Under the pieces are notes generated by a model. The model did no database searches, was not told the DNA's origin, and worked only from the letters and a program-made list of their open reading frames with translations. A program made the position numbers and the translations under genes. A DNA stretch of 64,000 nucleotides from Podarcis cretensis. Lineage: Eukaryota. Of this stretch, positions 1-36,127 are shown piece by piece; position 1 is the first letter of the stretch; each line of letters begins with the position of its first letter. The stretch covers positions 44,640,001-44,704,000 of the forward strand of contig OX638150.1 of assembly GCA_951804945.1 (NCBI GenBank), in the 5' to 3' direction.

Positions 1-561
1 TAGAGTGTGAAGATGGAGTCATCCAAAGAGTTGCTACGTAGTGGCAGGAGGGGAAAAGAGACAAGAGAGGTGAGCAAGATGTACAAGGAGAGTTCTGCAG
101 CTTGTCACTAGACAGCATCACAGGGATTATCTAGCAGTTGCCCAATATCCTTGGCACGAGTACAATACTAATAGATGCACTATCTGTATCACTCTCTTTG
201 TATTGTATATATTGTCTAAATAGTTTCTACTGCACAGTGTGGATTTCTACTAGAACAGGACCTAACCTTCCTGCCATCCACCCTGCAGCCCATGTACACA
301 AAATCTGCTTTCAAGGGCTGGGGGACCCTCCAGAGATTTGGGAAGTGCACAACTGGCTACAGGGTGTAAAAAATAAAGTTAAAGTCTCAATTCACCACCA
401 GAAGTACACTCATGCAACACTGGATCCCAACCGGCGCTCAGAAAAATGGCAATATCCTTCTAAAAGAAACACAACCTTGATGGATGATGTACTGACTGAG
501 ACAAATATGAACCAATGCTGGACAAAAAGTGATTGAGCAAAATGCCTCTGAATGCACATCA

Positions 562-23716
<23,155 letters not shown>

Positions 23717-24067
23717 TTATGACTGCAAACATCACCAAACTAAGAAGCAAAACTACATGTTGTACACATCTGAGAGCACCTTCATTTGCAATCAAAATTC
23801 AGGTAACCTAGGTAATCAGCCAATGCTTGCTTATATTTGTACAAGCTAGATGGCAAATTGGTATTTGAGGCCCACAAAAGACAGGATTCATTTAGATCCA
23901 TAACTCTGTGAGGTGGGCAAGATGGAGAGACAGTGATTTGCACAAACATCATAGATGGAGTGATTTCCCATGTACCAGAAAAACTTGTCCACTATACAAT
24001 ATTGCACCTGGACTTCACATGCATAAGTTGCTATACTTCTCCACAAGCACAAATGTGACCGCTTAAG

Positions 24068-24387
24068 CAGTGTTAGAAACTGATATATTATGGCAGCTTA
24101 AACCTAGGATATGGGCGCAAAAATGGAATGTCTGGGCACACTTTTTATAACAATACAAAGCTGAAAATAAATGAACTGCAGCTAAAATATTTCACATGGT
24201 CTGATCCTCCAGTCTTCAGAGAGTAGCTGGAAGTGGGGAAGCAGAAAAAGGTCTTCCTTTCCTTCCACTCTGAAGTTTTAATCTGAAACCTTAGGCACAG
24301 TACTGCACCCAGTGCTTAGCAACTGCTTACACTAATGAAATTCCCTGTCGCAAAAGGCGCCTAGAACAATGGGAGTTTTGAACACTG
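24068..24387. mobile_element. hAT MITE (CAGTGTT family)
   Basis: CAGTGTTAGAAACT...AGTTTTGAACACTG, TSD CGCTTAAG/TGCTTAAG; homologous to 49446-49882. Confidence 0.8.
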
Positions 24388-25579
24388 TGCTTAAGACAAT
24401 ATAAATGAAAACATCTAAAAATAAGTTTTACCAAAAAAGATATGCAACAGAGCAAGGTCCTTAGAAAGTGCTAGAAAACCCATTTTTGGCAGCATAGTCA
24501 AGATCTATGTATGACTCATCAGAGAGCATCCATAGAACATGGGAGGAACTTGCTCAAGGCTCTCCCCTATGGCAATATATAGTAGACAGGTTTCACTGAA
24601 ATAAATGAAAGATATTATACCTAAAGATAGCAAAGAATGTTGATGTGAGGGATGACTTTGTTTGATATTAGTAATCACCCATGTATCATACTACAGTATA
24701 TAATGCCTAGTTGTTACCCATTTGTTGCATGCAATTCTGACAACTTCCGGCAATGTTCTGCTTCTAAGACATATTTTCTAAGGTCTAAATATGCTATTTT
24801 GTATCAAGCAAAATGTTTTTCCTCATATAGATCACCTATTATTGTTTTGATTTCCACATGAAATGTAACTGCACAGCTTCCACAAGCATCCACTTAATAA
24901 GGCCTCTGACACAACACTGCACAATCCAATACCTATAACTGTGCGTTTGTGACTCTTCAAAATGTATTAGAGGTTGAGTGCTCCACATCTATTACACTCA
25001 AGTGTGAGAGTACTCACCTCCCTTTAAAAAAATCCAGTTTGATACCCAGAAACTACCCGCTCATACAAACAAATCATTTTGTAAGCTTTTCACTCCCCTC
25101 TATTCCAATTTTGATTTTTGAAGGAGTGAACAGTTATGATCAACAAGCAGGGCTATTTTGCTTCCATTACATTGGGACTGGACATACTCTTAATACTTCA
25201 GAATGAGGGCATGAAAGAGGACCGTGCAAAGACTCCACATAGCTGGGGAGACACGTGCTTACAGCAAGGAAATGGAGTACTGTACAAGGTATCAGGCGAG
25301 AGCCAACAAGAGCCGAGCCAAAATGCGGGACTCTCCAGCACATCTATTCCAATTCCAGATTTTAACCTTCTCTTCCGTCATCTCAGAGATGTAAATATTA
25401 GAGGTGACAGATCAACCAACAGTTTCTAATCACCAAACGGAAGGCCTCCCCACCCCCCGCCCATGCTTAAGAGGCTGTGTGCTTTTAAGTACCAGCTGCC
25501 TTCTGGGTGGGGACGAAACGTATAGTGGGAGATGGGTGGTTGATGGATGGTTTGAGCTTTCTAGTCGCTTTTAGAAACA

Positions 25580-26860
25580 AGGCGCTGGACTGGAGGGTCC
25601 GCCGGGGCTCTTTCTGTTTAAGCGTGTGCCGGGCGAACAGTTCTTCGGCGAGGCTCTCCCGGCTCCCGCCTTGGGCTCTGCAGCACCACCTCCCACACAG
25701 AGGAAGCGTGAGAAGCGCAGCTGCCCAGGGCCCCGCTGACCACCGCGGAAGCCCTCACGCCCCTCCCTCAAAGCCATGTTGGGCCGGAGCAGCCCAGCAG
25801 CTTAGCCGGCAACGTCTCGCCTCAATCAGATCAGGCCCGGCCAACTCGGCCCCCCCCCCGCCCGCCTCGCCGCCCACGACCGGGCCGTTTCAGATTCCGC
25901 CTCACTCCCGCCCTGCCTCCTCAGCCGCTGGGCGACCTAACCCCCGCCAGCCAGCCAGCCGCCCGCCCAAGCCCGGCTCCTTGAAGGCTTCGCCTTCGCG
26001 AAATCCCTGCCTAGGCCGAAGCCGGGGGAGCCTCGCGCCATCCCCTCACACGCCCGCTCACGGCGCGCCCCAACCACCGAGCTTCCCACGCGCGCCCAGG
26101 GAACCCCGGCGCTGTACCTGCCCGGTTCCCGCGTGCCCAGGTTCAGGCCGCGGCTTCGGCGCCGAAGGAGGGAAGAAGAAGGTGGGGGCGGCAAGACGAA
26201 CGCGACACGCGGGCGATGAGCCGGGCCGGCCGCCGTCTCTGCCGCTCACGTGACTAAGACCAATAGGGGAAAAAGGAAAGAAAAAGGGGAGGAGCAGAGG
26301 ACCCGCTCGCGCACGTCTATAGACGAGGGCAAAGCAAGCACATCACGTGGCTCGGGAGAAAGGGCGGTAGCCACGCCCTCTCCTCCCTCCGTCCACTAGT
26401 CCGGATGGAAGCGCGGCGCTTTGAGGCAGGTGGCTGACGTCATGTCGTGCAACCTAACTTGGCCGCTGATGAAGCGCTACAAAGCCAGACGGCGGGAGGC
26501 TTGACTCTGTCGCCCAGCTGCACGTTGTCACCCCGAAGAGATTTCGTTTCGCTTGTTTTTAAAGTTTTTCTTCCGGTGCAAACTTCCGTTGGCTGGGGGA
26601 AAAAACTAAGAGCTTCGCGTCTACCTAAAAACGCAAGCAAACAGTTCTTTTTGCAAGAGCCACCGGGCGCCTTTCTGTGCTCAGTGTAGCAGGCGGTGTC
26701 ACCGAAGGGAAAAAGGAGTTCAAGCGGCCGTTGGGCTAGGGAGGCTGTCCCCGCCCACGTGGCCGGGCTGGCGCGTCTAGCCTGACCCGGACTCCGAGCC
26801 GGGCCGGGTGGCGCCGCCTTTTGTCGGTATAAGACACGGAGTCTCGTGGATGCATATTTC
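25580..26860 (-). promoter_or_regulatory. CpG island / TNPO2 promoter with putative non-coding first exon (donor CAG|GTACAG at 26118/26117)
   Basis: High GC and CpG density; E-boxes CACGTG (26247, 26344, 26756), CCAAT 26260, CRE TGACGTCA 26435-26442, ETS CTTCCG x2 at ~26570-26590. Confidence 0.75.
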
Positions 26861-27064
26861 TGGAGGAGGGGGAGGAGGCGTGCCCATTACGTTCTACGGA
26901 GCATATGCAGTGCTATCTTCAAATAATGTTGGCAGAGAAACGTAAAAAGATTACAGAGTTGGGAGCGATCAAACAAACCACACGGGGAGCAGCCCCGTGC
27001 AAGCAACAGATCATGGCCGCCTGCTCAAAGATGGGCAAAACCCCCGTGGTAGGGGGCTTCAGGG

Positions 27065-27173
27065 CACCGGCGTAGCCAGGATTTTGGTTAGAGGGGGGAG
27101 AACCTCAGCTATGTATTTTTATTGATTTGTGGGGGCAGCCGCCCCTCCCTGCCCCCCCTTGGCTACGCCCATG
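27065..27173. mobile_element. 109-bp hAT MITE
   Basis: TIRs CACCGGCGTAGCCA / TGGCTACGCCCATG, perfect 8-bp TSD CTTCAGGG. Confidence 0.8.
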
Positions 27174-27479
27174 CTTCAGGGGGCAAACCCTTGCTTCCAA
27201 ATAGGCTACCAGGCTGTCACATTTGCCGACAGCTTCATTATAAACTATTATTTATAACTAAACATTATAATCTTGTTTGTATAAGATGTGACAATGCTTA
27301 GGGCTAGGCTGTTCGATTGTCACATGTATGGCGCTCTTTTATTGCATATATGTTTCTTGTACAGTACATGACAAGGTAACTGTCCATGCATGTATCAGGT
27401 TGATGATTCTGTATTATGGGATTATTATTATTATATTTGTTAGTCTCCCTATCTTTCCCAGGGCAACCCAAAGTGACTA

Positions 27480-27682
27480 CAGTCATACCTAGAGTTATGA
27501 ACGCTGTGGGTTGCGTGTTTTGGGATTGCAGACCGCGCCGTACCTGGAAGTATCAGAACGGGTTACTTCCTGGTTTTGGTGCATGCACAGAAACACCAAA
27601 TCATGTCGGGCATCTGCGCACACTGAGCACTGCAGGTTGCGAATGTGCCTGCTGCACGGATCACGTTTGCAAAGCAAGGTAT
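27480..27682. mobile_element. Tigger-like MITE whose right end abuts a Sauria SINE
   Basis: TA+CAGTCATACCT start; interior is the inverse of the 46783-47042 family; right TIR (CAAGGTATG) is incomplete. Confidence 0.65.
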
Positions 27683-28022
27683 GGGTGGCGCTGTGGGTTA
27701 AACCACAGAGCCTAGGGCTTGCTGATCAGAAGGTCAGTGGTTTGAATCCCCGTGACGGGGTGAGCTCCCGTTGATCGGTCCCTGCTCCTGCCAACTTAGC
27801 AGTTCGAAAGCATGCCAAAAAGTGCAATTAGATAAATAGGTACTGCTCCGGCGGGAAGGTAAACGGTGTTTCCGTGCGCTGCTCTGATTCGCCAGAAGCG
27901 GCTTAGTCATGCTGGCCACATGACCCGGAAGCTGTACGCCGGCTCCCTCGGCCAGTAAAGATGAGCGCCACAACCCCAGAGTCCACAACTGGACCTAACG
28001 TTCAGGGATCCCTTTACCTTTA
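27683..28022 (+). mobile_element. Sauria SINE (Squam1-type)
   Basis: GGGTGGCGCTGTGGGTTAAACCACAGAGCCTAGGGCTTGCTGATCAGAAGGTC...GGCCACATGACCCGGAAGCTG...TTTACCTTT tail; second copy at 35799-36127. Confidence 0.85.
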
Positions 28023-28829
28023 TATATAGATACATTAAAACCCAGAGGAAAAATACATTAAATACTTCCCACCTACTTTTAAAAGGCCACAGATGGTCAA
28101 AGGCCAAAGGTTATGCTACTCCCATAGTCTGCTCTGGAAAACCCACCAGAGCAGATTTCGAGAGCACATGACTGGATGGGGGAAGAGTTGGAGAGGATGG
28201 GAAGTCTATATGAATGAACAGCAGTGTTGGATACAACTTATGATGAACATTACAGGAAACTCAAGGGCTCATAGTAAAAATTCACTGTCATATAAGTAGC
28301 ATTTTCATATCCCGCTTTTCCTCCCAAGCACTCAAGGTGATAGATACGGTTCTCTACCCCCCCCCCCCGCATTTAATCCTCACAGCAATCCTGTATGATA
28401 GAGTAGGCAGAAAGGCAGTGTGTTGCCCAGGTTCACCCAGTGGGCTTCGCGGGGAGGGGGCGTTGAACCCTGGTCTCCTAATCCGGAACAAATCAATGCA
28501 CCAAGCAGGATTTAGACAGTTTAAACTTTACACGTAATATTGAAGTAAGATTCTTCTGGTTCAGATGTGATCCTCAGCCCGAGCACTCAAGAACAACTCG
28601 GTTGGTTGGTCTACCTTTTTATGCTATTTATTTCAGACATAATGTAGATCGCAACCGAAACATGAAAATTAGTAATTAGATGAATAGTTATGGACTTAAA
28701 CTCTGCTGCGCATAGAAATGTTCAGATTTAATTAAAGCTACGCTGTAATACCGTTTGAAGGTGCTTCTTTTGTTTATCGCTGCCTATCGGAATGCCAGTT
28801 TACCTTTCCGTCTATTTTCCGCTGCTACG

Positions 28830-29400
28830 CCCTATCCCTCCGCGGTCGGGTTGCTTCACACTGCGCAAGCGCGGAGATCCAGTCTTTAGAACTACATTTC
28901 CCGATAAGACTTGCGACACGCCGCTCCTCCCCTGCGCCCCCCTCCCATTCCGGAGCTGGGGGAGGGAGGTTGCCCGGGCCGGACCCGGCAGCGGCCCCGA
29001 GCGGGCGGGCTCGGGCGAGCATGGGGGGCTGCCTTTCCTCGCAGGCGGCCGATGACCTGTCGCTGCTCAACGACTCTACCGGAGACGGGGCGAGCCTTGG
29101 GCCTGGGGATCCGTCTCCACCGCCCATCCCTGTCCCGCCGCCCCCCTACCAGGTAGCGGGTCGGGGGTTGCGGGGCGGAGGGCGAAAGGGGGGCTGTGGG
29201 GCGGGTTCCCCCAGGCCTCGCCGACTGTAGTGCTGGGCGTCGGGGCCAGCCCTGGGTAGCCTACGGGGTTCTGCTACGCAAGGGAGTAGGAAGCCGACAT
29301 ATGGGGCGAGGAAATTCGGCTGGCATTTTGGGGGTGGGCAGGGGTCGGGTATTGGCTCTGGCTTCCGGGTTCTTGGGGTAAGTAGGGCGGAGTGAGCTGG
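28830..29400 (+). promoter_or_regulatory. CpG island promoter of the RNF11-like gene
   Basis: CpG-rich; ZNF143/SBS-like ACTACATTTCCCGA at 28891; NRF1-like TGCGCAAGCGC at 28862. Confidence 0.7.
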
Positions 29401-32400
29401 AACAGTAGCTATAGAAAGAAACTGGGATAACAGATTAGAGTGGAGACCCCCGACCTCATCCAGGTATGCTAAGGAGACACAAGAATGGGGCTTGATGCCC
29501 TCTCGCCCTACCTGGAGAGTTACCTGGAGAGTGGATGTTACTGGGGTGAGTTAAGCCCAGTATTGACTTGGGAGTGGATGTACAACGTTGAGCAGGAGAC
29601 AGAACAGTGTCAAGCACAGAAAGATAATCGATATTTTTGCATTGGCATTAGTATTGCCCTTTAACCTTTGGACTGTGGTGTGTGAGTCTGAGGTCATGGG
29701 TCAAGGTTCTCTCAAAAAGCTATGGAAACATGAGTTGTGTGAATAGGGCAGGGGACATGGTGGGCAATCATGGTGAAGAACTCAAAGTCATGAGTCAGTT
29801 ATAGAAGATAAGAACTGGGGAGCAGAAATAGTGTGGTGTGATTTATAAGAATGAGCAGTGGATCTGAAGTGAGGAGACCCAAATTCATGTTGAGCTGTGA
29901 ACTGCTCCACATGATGAAACATACAACTTATAATGTAGAATGTAAATGTGACAGGACCTGCCTTGAAGTAAAGGCATCATACAGGCATGCTTGTCAGTGG
30001 GCCAAGATTGACTGCAGCCCCACAAATTGTATGTTTGGTGGGAAACCTGGGTTAATGTGGGAAATGGCTCTCAATGAGCAGTACAGTACTGAACATAACC
30101 AATCAATTACTAAATAGGCTTGGTTGAAAATTAATGTTTAGACTCCAGGCTATCTTATGCTAGGTGTGCTTTCAACCATCCTGACAAATCTTTAGAAGAT
30201 GTGGTAACCAGGAATGCAGAGTCAGATTTCATAACACCATCATTTCTTTCTGCAGAAAAATGACACAGAACACGCATGATTGTTATGTCTTGTCCATTTC
30301 AACAGTTGTCTTGTGTGCCTTTGATATTTGCTTTCCCATGTCTGAGGTTTATTGTGGAGCAGCTGCATGTTTCTCTTGCATTTTTGCAAGCTGCTATACC
30401 TGCCGAGTAGCATTCTCCAATGTGGGGACAGACAGTCTATGGAAGAAGAATTAGGAAAGACTGAGGGAAATTCTGGTGGTTTCTTCCTGTTTGAAACCTG
30501 GGGAAGGTAAAGGCAGCACAAACTTACTGTATTTTTTGCTCTATAAGACTCACTTTTTCCCTCCTAAAAAGTAAGGGGAAATGCATGTGCGTCTTATGGA
30601 GCGAATGCAGGCTGCGCAGCTATCCCAGAAGCCAGAACAGCAAGAGGGATTGCTGCTTTCGCTGCGCAGCGATCCCTCTTGCTGTTCTGGCTTCTGAGAT
30701 TCAGAATATTTTTTTTCTTGTTTTCCTCCTCCAAAAACTAGGTGCGTCTTGTGGTCTGGTGCGTCTTATAGAGCAAAAAATACGGTAGTTTAAAAGGGTG
30801 GCTAGAACAAAACATCAGGATTCCATATCTCAAAGTACCAGAGTGGATCTTGGGAAGATGGCTGTTAGAATGTGTGGGGAATTTATTCACATTAATTTCA
30901 GAAACTCTTTGGGTTACCTCCTGAAACATATTGTGATTAGACAAATGAAAAACCTGCAGATTAGACAAATTAGATTAGACAAATGAAAAACCTGCTTCAC
31001 ACACACAAAAATCCATACACTATTATATTATAGATTGCTTTCTAAAGGAAATAAACAAATGATAAATACACTAAGGAACTTCCATATTTAAGAAGAGTGT
31101 ACTACAGATGATTGGATAATGTTTACTAACAACACAGAATGGATGTTACCATCATGTTCTGCTTCTGAACTTCTTTAGCTTTTCACTGGCCACTTTTAGA
31201 CAAAATGCTGAATTAGGTAGACTATTGATTTCAGCCAGCGCTGCAATTCTTATGTCCCAAATCTTGATTGGGGCAATGTTCCTAGCAATTATCATCTGCT
31301 TTAGAGACCAGTAATTTAATGCATCTCTATGGGGGCAACTTGCAATTTGCTAAAATGTCTTCATTTTAAATGCAGTGGCTTGGGAGCAAGGGCATTCTGC
31401 TGCATGAAAGCAATTGGGGGCATGGGCATTCCAAGCTAACAGTATATTATTGGACCACTGTCTCACAATAAATGTTTGTCTAGATACATCCCAAAATAGA
31501 GGAGCAAGAGATGGATCTGATTGTTTTATGGTGAGTTAATTAGTTCTGCAAGGATCCCAACACCAGAGTCCAGAGCAGACAGAAGGGCTTCTTATGCATC
31601 TGCAAATGATGAACTTGCTGTTTAGTTAGCAATTGCTGGCTCACTTCCCTGTAAAAACTTAAAATGCCAATCAGAAACATGACAGCACCATGATTTAGCC
31701 CATCTGGTGTACTACAGAGTAGATATTATCTGACAGTTTCAGCTTGCGTATGCCGAAAAGTTAAGTATGTAAATATAGGAGCCTGCAGGGTTATTTACTT
31801 TTGCCACCTTTGTGGAAATATGTTGAATAACTAGCTCTACTGGAGTAATATAGGGGTCTGTGAAGAAAGAATAGTTGACGGCTGAATTGCTGTATGTTGA
31901 GTGTGGGTTTATCTCCATTTGATTACTGGCTGGTTACAAGAGTAGCAATCACTCAGCCACTCTGTCTTCTGAATTTCTAGGAACATGCACCAATTCCAGT
32001 ATATCACCCAACGCCCAGCCAGGCACGTCTTGCCACACAACTAACAGAAGAGGAGCAGATCCGTATAGCTCAGAGGATTGGGCTGATTCAACATCTTCCC
32101 AAAGGAATATTTGATCCAGGCACAGAGCCATCGGAAAAGAAAATCAAAGAGTATGTTTTCCATGTGCAATGTTTTGTGTTTATCCAGTTCACTGAGACTG
32201 TTTGCTAGTAGATGCATATATAGACTTCATATCCCACTGACAGTGTGTAGCAATTCCCTTTCCAAAATGGAATATGGGTATATTGTACTGTCCAATTCTT
32301 GGTTTTAAAAAATGATGACTTTAGGCATAAAAAGGTTGACTATCCCTGGTCTGATTCCTGGTCAATCACTACCAGTTCAGACCGCATTATTTTTCATTTA

Positions 32401-33797
32401 TTTGCTCGTTCTCTCAGTTTTGGAGAAGTTCTTTTAGAGCTTTTCACAATCCCTTTATGATTTAACCACCCTGAACAACTTATTGTCATGAGCAAACTCG
32501 GCCACCTAACTGCTCTAGCTTGTTTTGTTTTTTTTATTAAAAAAAAGTACAGGTCCCAATTCTTGTGGAACTCCACTTTCTGTCTGCTTTAGTAAGGTTT
32601 GTTCTTCTATATGCTTGGTCATTTTATCCTTAACAATGCTCTCTACCAGTTTTTTCAGGACAGGTGTTAAGCTAACCAGCCTGTAATTTCTAGGATTCCC
32701 CCTGGATCCCATTTTAAAAATTAGTGTCACATTGGCTACTTTCGTCTTCTGGTGTGGATGTTGATCTTTGGGACAATATACAGTGGTACTTCAGGTTACA
32801 GATGCTTCAGGTTACAGACTCCGCTAACCCAGAAATAATACCTTGGGTTAAGAACTTTGCTTCAGAATAAGAAGAGAAATTGTGTGGTGGAGGGAGGCCC
32901 AATTAGCTAAAGTGGTACCTCAGGTTAAGAACAGTTTCAGGTTAAGAATGGACCTCTGGAACTAATTAAGTTCTTAACCTGAGGTACCACTGTGCATATT
33001 TTTATTAAGTCAGAAACTCCATATTTGAGTTGAGATCTCTTGAGTAGATTCAGACCCTAATTTGCCTCAATTCCTCAGACTTCATACAAAAGTTAATTTA
33101 GGCAAAAGTTAGTTCTCCACCATCATTTTTCCAACAAAGCAATATTTTTCCCAACTATATAACACAAGGTGAAATTAACATGCATCATATTTAAAGTGAA
33201 ATATTTTCTCTTCAGCCTCTGCATCCATCTAACCTTAAAGAGTTATTTGCTATGAAGACAGTGTGTATTTAAAAACATCCAATAAAATGTGACTATACAG
33301 CAGCAACTTTCAGCTGGGGTAATGTCCATGTTTTGGAATAGATGTAGGTGGAGGGTCATCCTTGAACCTTGGAAGTCAAAGCAAACTTATTTAAGATAGA
33401 GCGCTCTGTGTGTAACAGGCTTGCGTGCTTTCCAGCACCACAACCAGTATTGGACACTGTTAAGAATGGAATAGTGAGACTAGATGACTTGCCAGCTAGT
33501 AGTTCTTTACTCGGATACCTGAACTTACCATGTGGTGGCAAATTGGGCAGAAAATGCACGAGAGATGTTTTAGAAGCCATCTTAGTGTCTTAATAACATT
33601 TCCTTTTCTCTCTGCCTGATTTCAGGTGTGTGATCTGCATGCTGGATTTTGTATACGGAGACCCCATTCGGTTCTTGCCCTGCCTGCACATCTACCACGT
33701 TCACTGCATTGACGACTGGCTGATGCGATCATTCACCTGCCCTTCTTGCATGGAGCCAGTTGACGCTGCTCTTCTGTCCTCCTACGAGACTAACTGA
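29021..33797 (+). CDS. RING finger protein 11-like (RNF11 paralog), RING-H2 E3 ligase, 157 aa, 3 exons
   Basis: Exons 29021-29152, 31981-32150, 33626-33797 (GT-AG, phases 0 and 2). MGGCLSSQAADDLSLL...PPPPYQ|EHAPIPVYHPTPSQARLATQLTEEEQIRIAQRIGLIQHLPKG...|CVICMLDFVYGDPIRFLPCLHIYHVHCIDDWLMRSFTCPSCMEPVDAALLSSYETN*. Exons 2-3 are nearly identical to recalled RNF11; the N-terminus is divergent. AATAAA at 35049-35054. Confidence 0.93.
30527..30785. mobile_element. Tc1/mariner (Tc2/pogo-like) MITE, 259 bp, with internal hairpin
   Basis: TIR C(T/C)GTATTTTTTGCTCTATAAGAC / GTCTTATAGAGCAAAAAATACGG, TA TSD. Confidence 0.85.
32390..32775 (-). mobile_element. CR1 LINE RT fragments
   Basis: ORF 32515-32730 TLIFKMGSRGNPRNYRLVSLTPVLKKLVESIVKD resembles CR1 PIFKKG..DPGNYRPVSLTS, followed by SGVPQ. 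Confidence 0.75.
32781..32992. mobile_element. Tigger-like MITE
   Basis: CAGTGGTACTTCAGGTTA...TAACCTGAGGTACCACTG. Confidence 0.8.
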
Positions 33798-35798
33798 GGT
33801 GGCTCGGTGCCCTGCTCTTGTTAATGCTTCCAGGCTCTGGCTGTGTGGGGGGCTGGGATGTGGCACACTCTTTTATTTGCACACTTCTGGGATACACCAA
33901 AGATCCTATGGCAGAGAATCTGATCCCAGGCCTTGATGACAACACAGAACCATTCTAGCTTGGCTGGCTGTGCTAAAGGCTGACTTGTGCCATATTTGAG
34001 AATTGTAACCAGAGTAGGTGGAGACTGGGGGTGAAATGCCAAAGCAAGAATTGTCCTTTCACTCCACCCACAAATGCTGTTTTGTTCTTTTCTTTTTAAG
34101 AAGATCAAGATTGTTCCTTAGGACTATTCTTACCCACATACCTGTTTAAATCCCCACTGAGTTATCAAGTACAGGTCTGGGGTGTTACATGGGAGGGGAC
34201 TGCAACTCTTTGACCGAAAAGAGAGAGTTGTTTAAAGCTGGCACTGGTTGCAAAGATCTTGTAATTTCAAATCCAGAAAAGGAGTTTTAGCATTGTCACA
34301 TCAACTCTGGTTGGTTTGTGGCAGAATCTGGAGTTTTGAGAAGTGTTGTTGTTTTTTTTTTTAAAAAAAAGCATTTCTCCGTTACCCCACAAATGCTTCT
34401 TTTAACCAGGTGGGAAACAAGCGTCTTTAAAAGCTTGGCCACTATTGAAATCTTACCCAGTAGCACTTGTGCTACAATGCACAAAACAAGTCTAAGGGGT
34501 TTGTCTCAGTTCTTTGTGGGGGCAATTTGGAGCAGTGACCTTGGCGGGGACTTGAGCTTGATCTCTGTAGTTGGAGTCGGGGTGCTTCTGTTTAAAAGGT
34601 TCATGTTTCAACTAAGAGTGAACGATACATACTTTTCACTTCCTCTCTTCTGCTTGTAAAGATTTTAAGATGCTTTTAAGGTGAAGGAGACAGAAGAGTT
34701 ATTTGTTAAATAACAGCTTTTTAGTAAGTTAGTGATGAAGTACAAAAGCCTCCTCTACAGATGGTGGGTTAAGGCATTCAAGTGCACTATTGTAAAGGGT
34801 AAAGAAACTGTTTGTTTGCCCAATGTTTACTCTGTTTGCCTTACACAAAATGAAGACTCTTGTCCCATAAGAAACTGCTAGCGATTAATGCCATGCGGCA
34901 AGCCCACTGTTTGGAAAGGCTTCCCTTAGTCATGCTGTTTATTGCCTTGCAAGTGGAGAGGCGTGAAAGTGCTTTTCTGATTATGCATTGTCCTTAACAA
35001 GGATCTAGCACTTGAAAGTAAAACTGATGTGTGTTGCATTCAAATGGAAATAAAATAGATTGCATATAATCCCTTGTAGAAATACGTATTTGGGCAAAGC
35101 GGACTGCTCATATCCCTTTTCTTCCATCACTCTTTCCAGCTAAGATGAATGCCAGCAGCACTTGACAAGGATAATTCTTCTACTGGTCAATCATCAGTGT
35201 TTCTTTTCTGTACTACCTTTTGTCTTTTGCAAAAGATGGACTTGTTTAGTCCATTTTTGATCAGGCATAATTTTAGAGTTGCAGGGTCCATGCTGAGACT
35301 TGGCCCTTCCTCTTTCCTTATTGTCCCAGGAAAGGAATAGCAGCAGCTGCTTTCTAAGCTACATCACAAACCACTTTTCAATAGCAGGATCCCAAGGGTG
35401 GTGAGCAGAGAAGCAGCTGCAGCCCAGTTCCCTAGAGAGCTTTCTTGCCTTGAAGGAACAGCAACAACTAATAAGGAGCAGTGTAGTTGTTGTCTTAAAG
35501 GGATGACAGGAGATGGGAAATGGAGTAGAGCAGTAGATAAGATTCAAACTATGTTCCTGAAGGCTGCTTCTCCTGCAGTCACACCAGGGCCTGATTTGTA
35601 GCTGGTTTGCTACAAGTTTCATATTTACCTTTGCAACTGTCATCTTAAGTATAAAGTGAGAAATACTTTCAACGCATGCTTGCACCAAATAGCAGGGGAG
35701 AGAGGAATGTAGAAGTAGAAAAAAAAATAATGGCAGGGATGACATTTTTAAAAACTCATATTGTCTCCCCAAAGGTGGAGAGGCATCTCTAATTCAAT

Positions 35799-36127
35799 GG
35801 TAAAGGTAAAGGGACCCCTGACCGTAAAGTCCAGTTGCGAACGACTCTGGGGTTGCAGCGCTCATCTCGCTTTACTGGCCAAGGGAGCTGGCATTTATCC
35901 ACAGGCAGCTTCCGGGTCATGTGGCCAGCATGACTAAGCTGCTTCTAGCAAACCAGAGCAGCGCACAGAAACGCCGTTTACCTTCCCACTGGAGCAGTAC
36001 CTATTTGCACTTTGACATGCTTTCGAACTGCTAGGTTGGCAGGAGCTGGGACCGAGCAACGGGAGCTCATCCCATTGTGGGGATTTGAACCGCCGACCTT
36101 CTGATTGGCAGGCCCTAGGCTCTGTGG
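35799..36127 (-). mobile_element. Sauria SINE
   Basis: Reverse-complement homolog of 27683-28022, with (GGTAAA)n tail on plus. Confidence 0.85.

Noticed and set aside
24495-24525. CTGATGAGTCA...TGAC hammerhead-like core on minus strand
   Set aside because: The required GAAA after stem II is absent
25507-26253. 248-aa plus-strand ORF
   Set aside because: Low-complexity Pro/Ala/Arg product of a stop-poor CpG island, GTG start, antisense to TNPO2 exon 1
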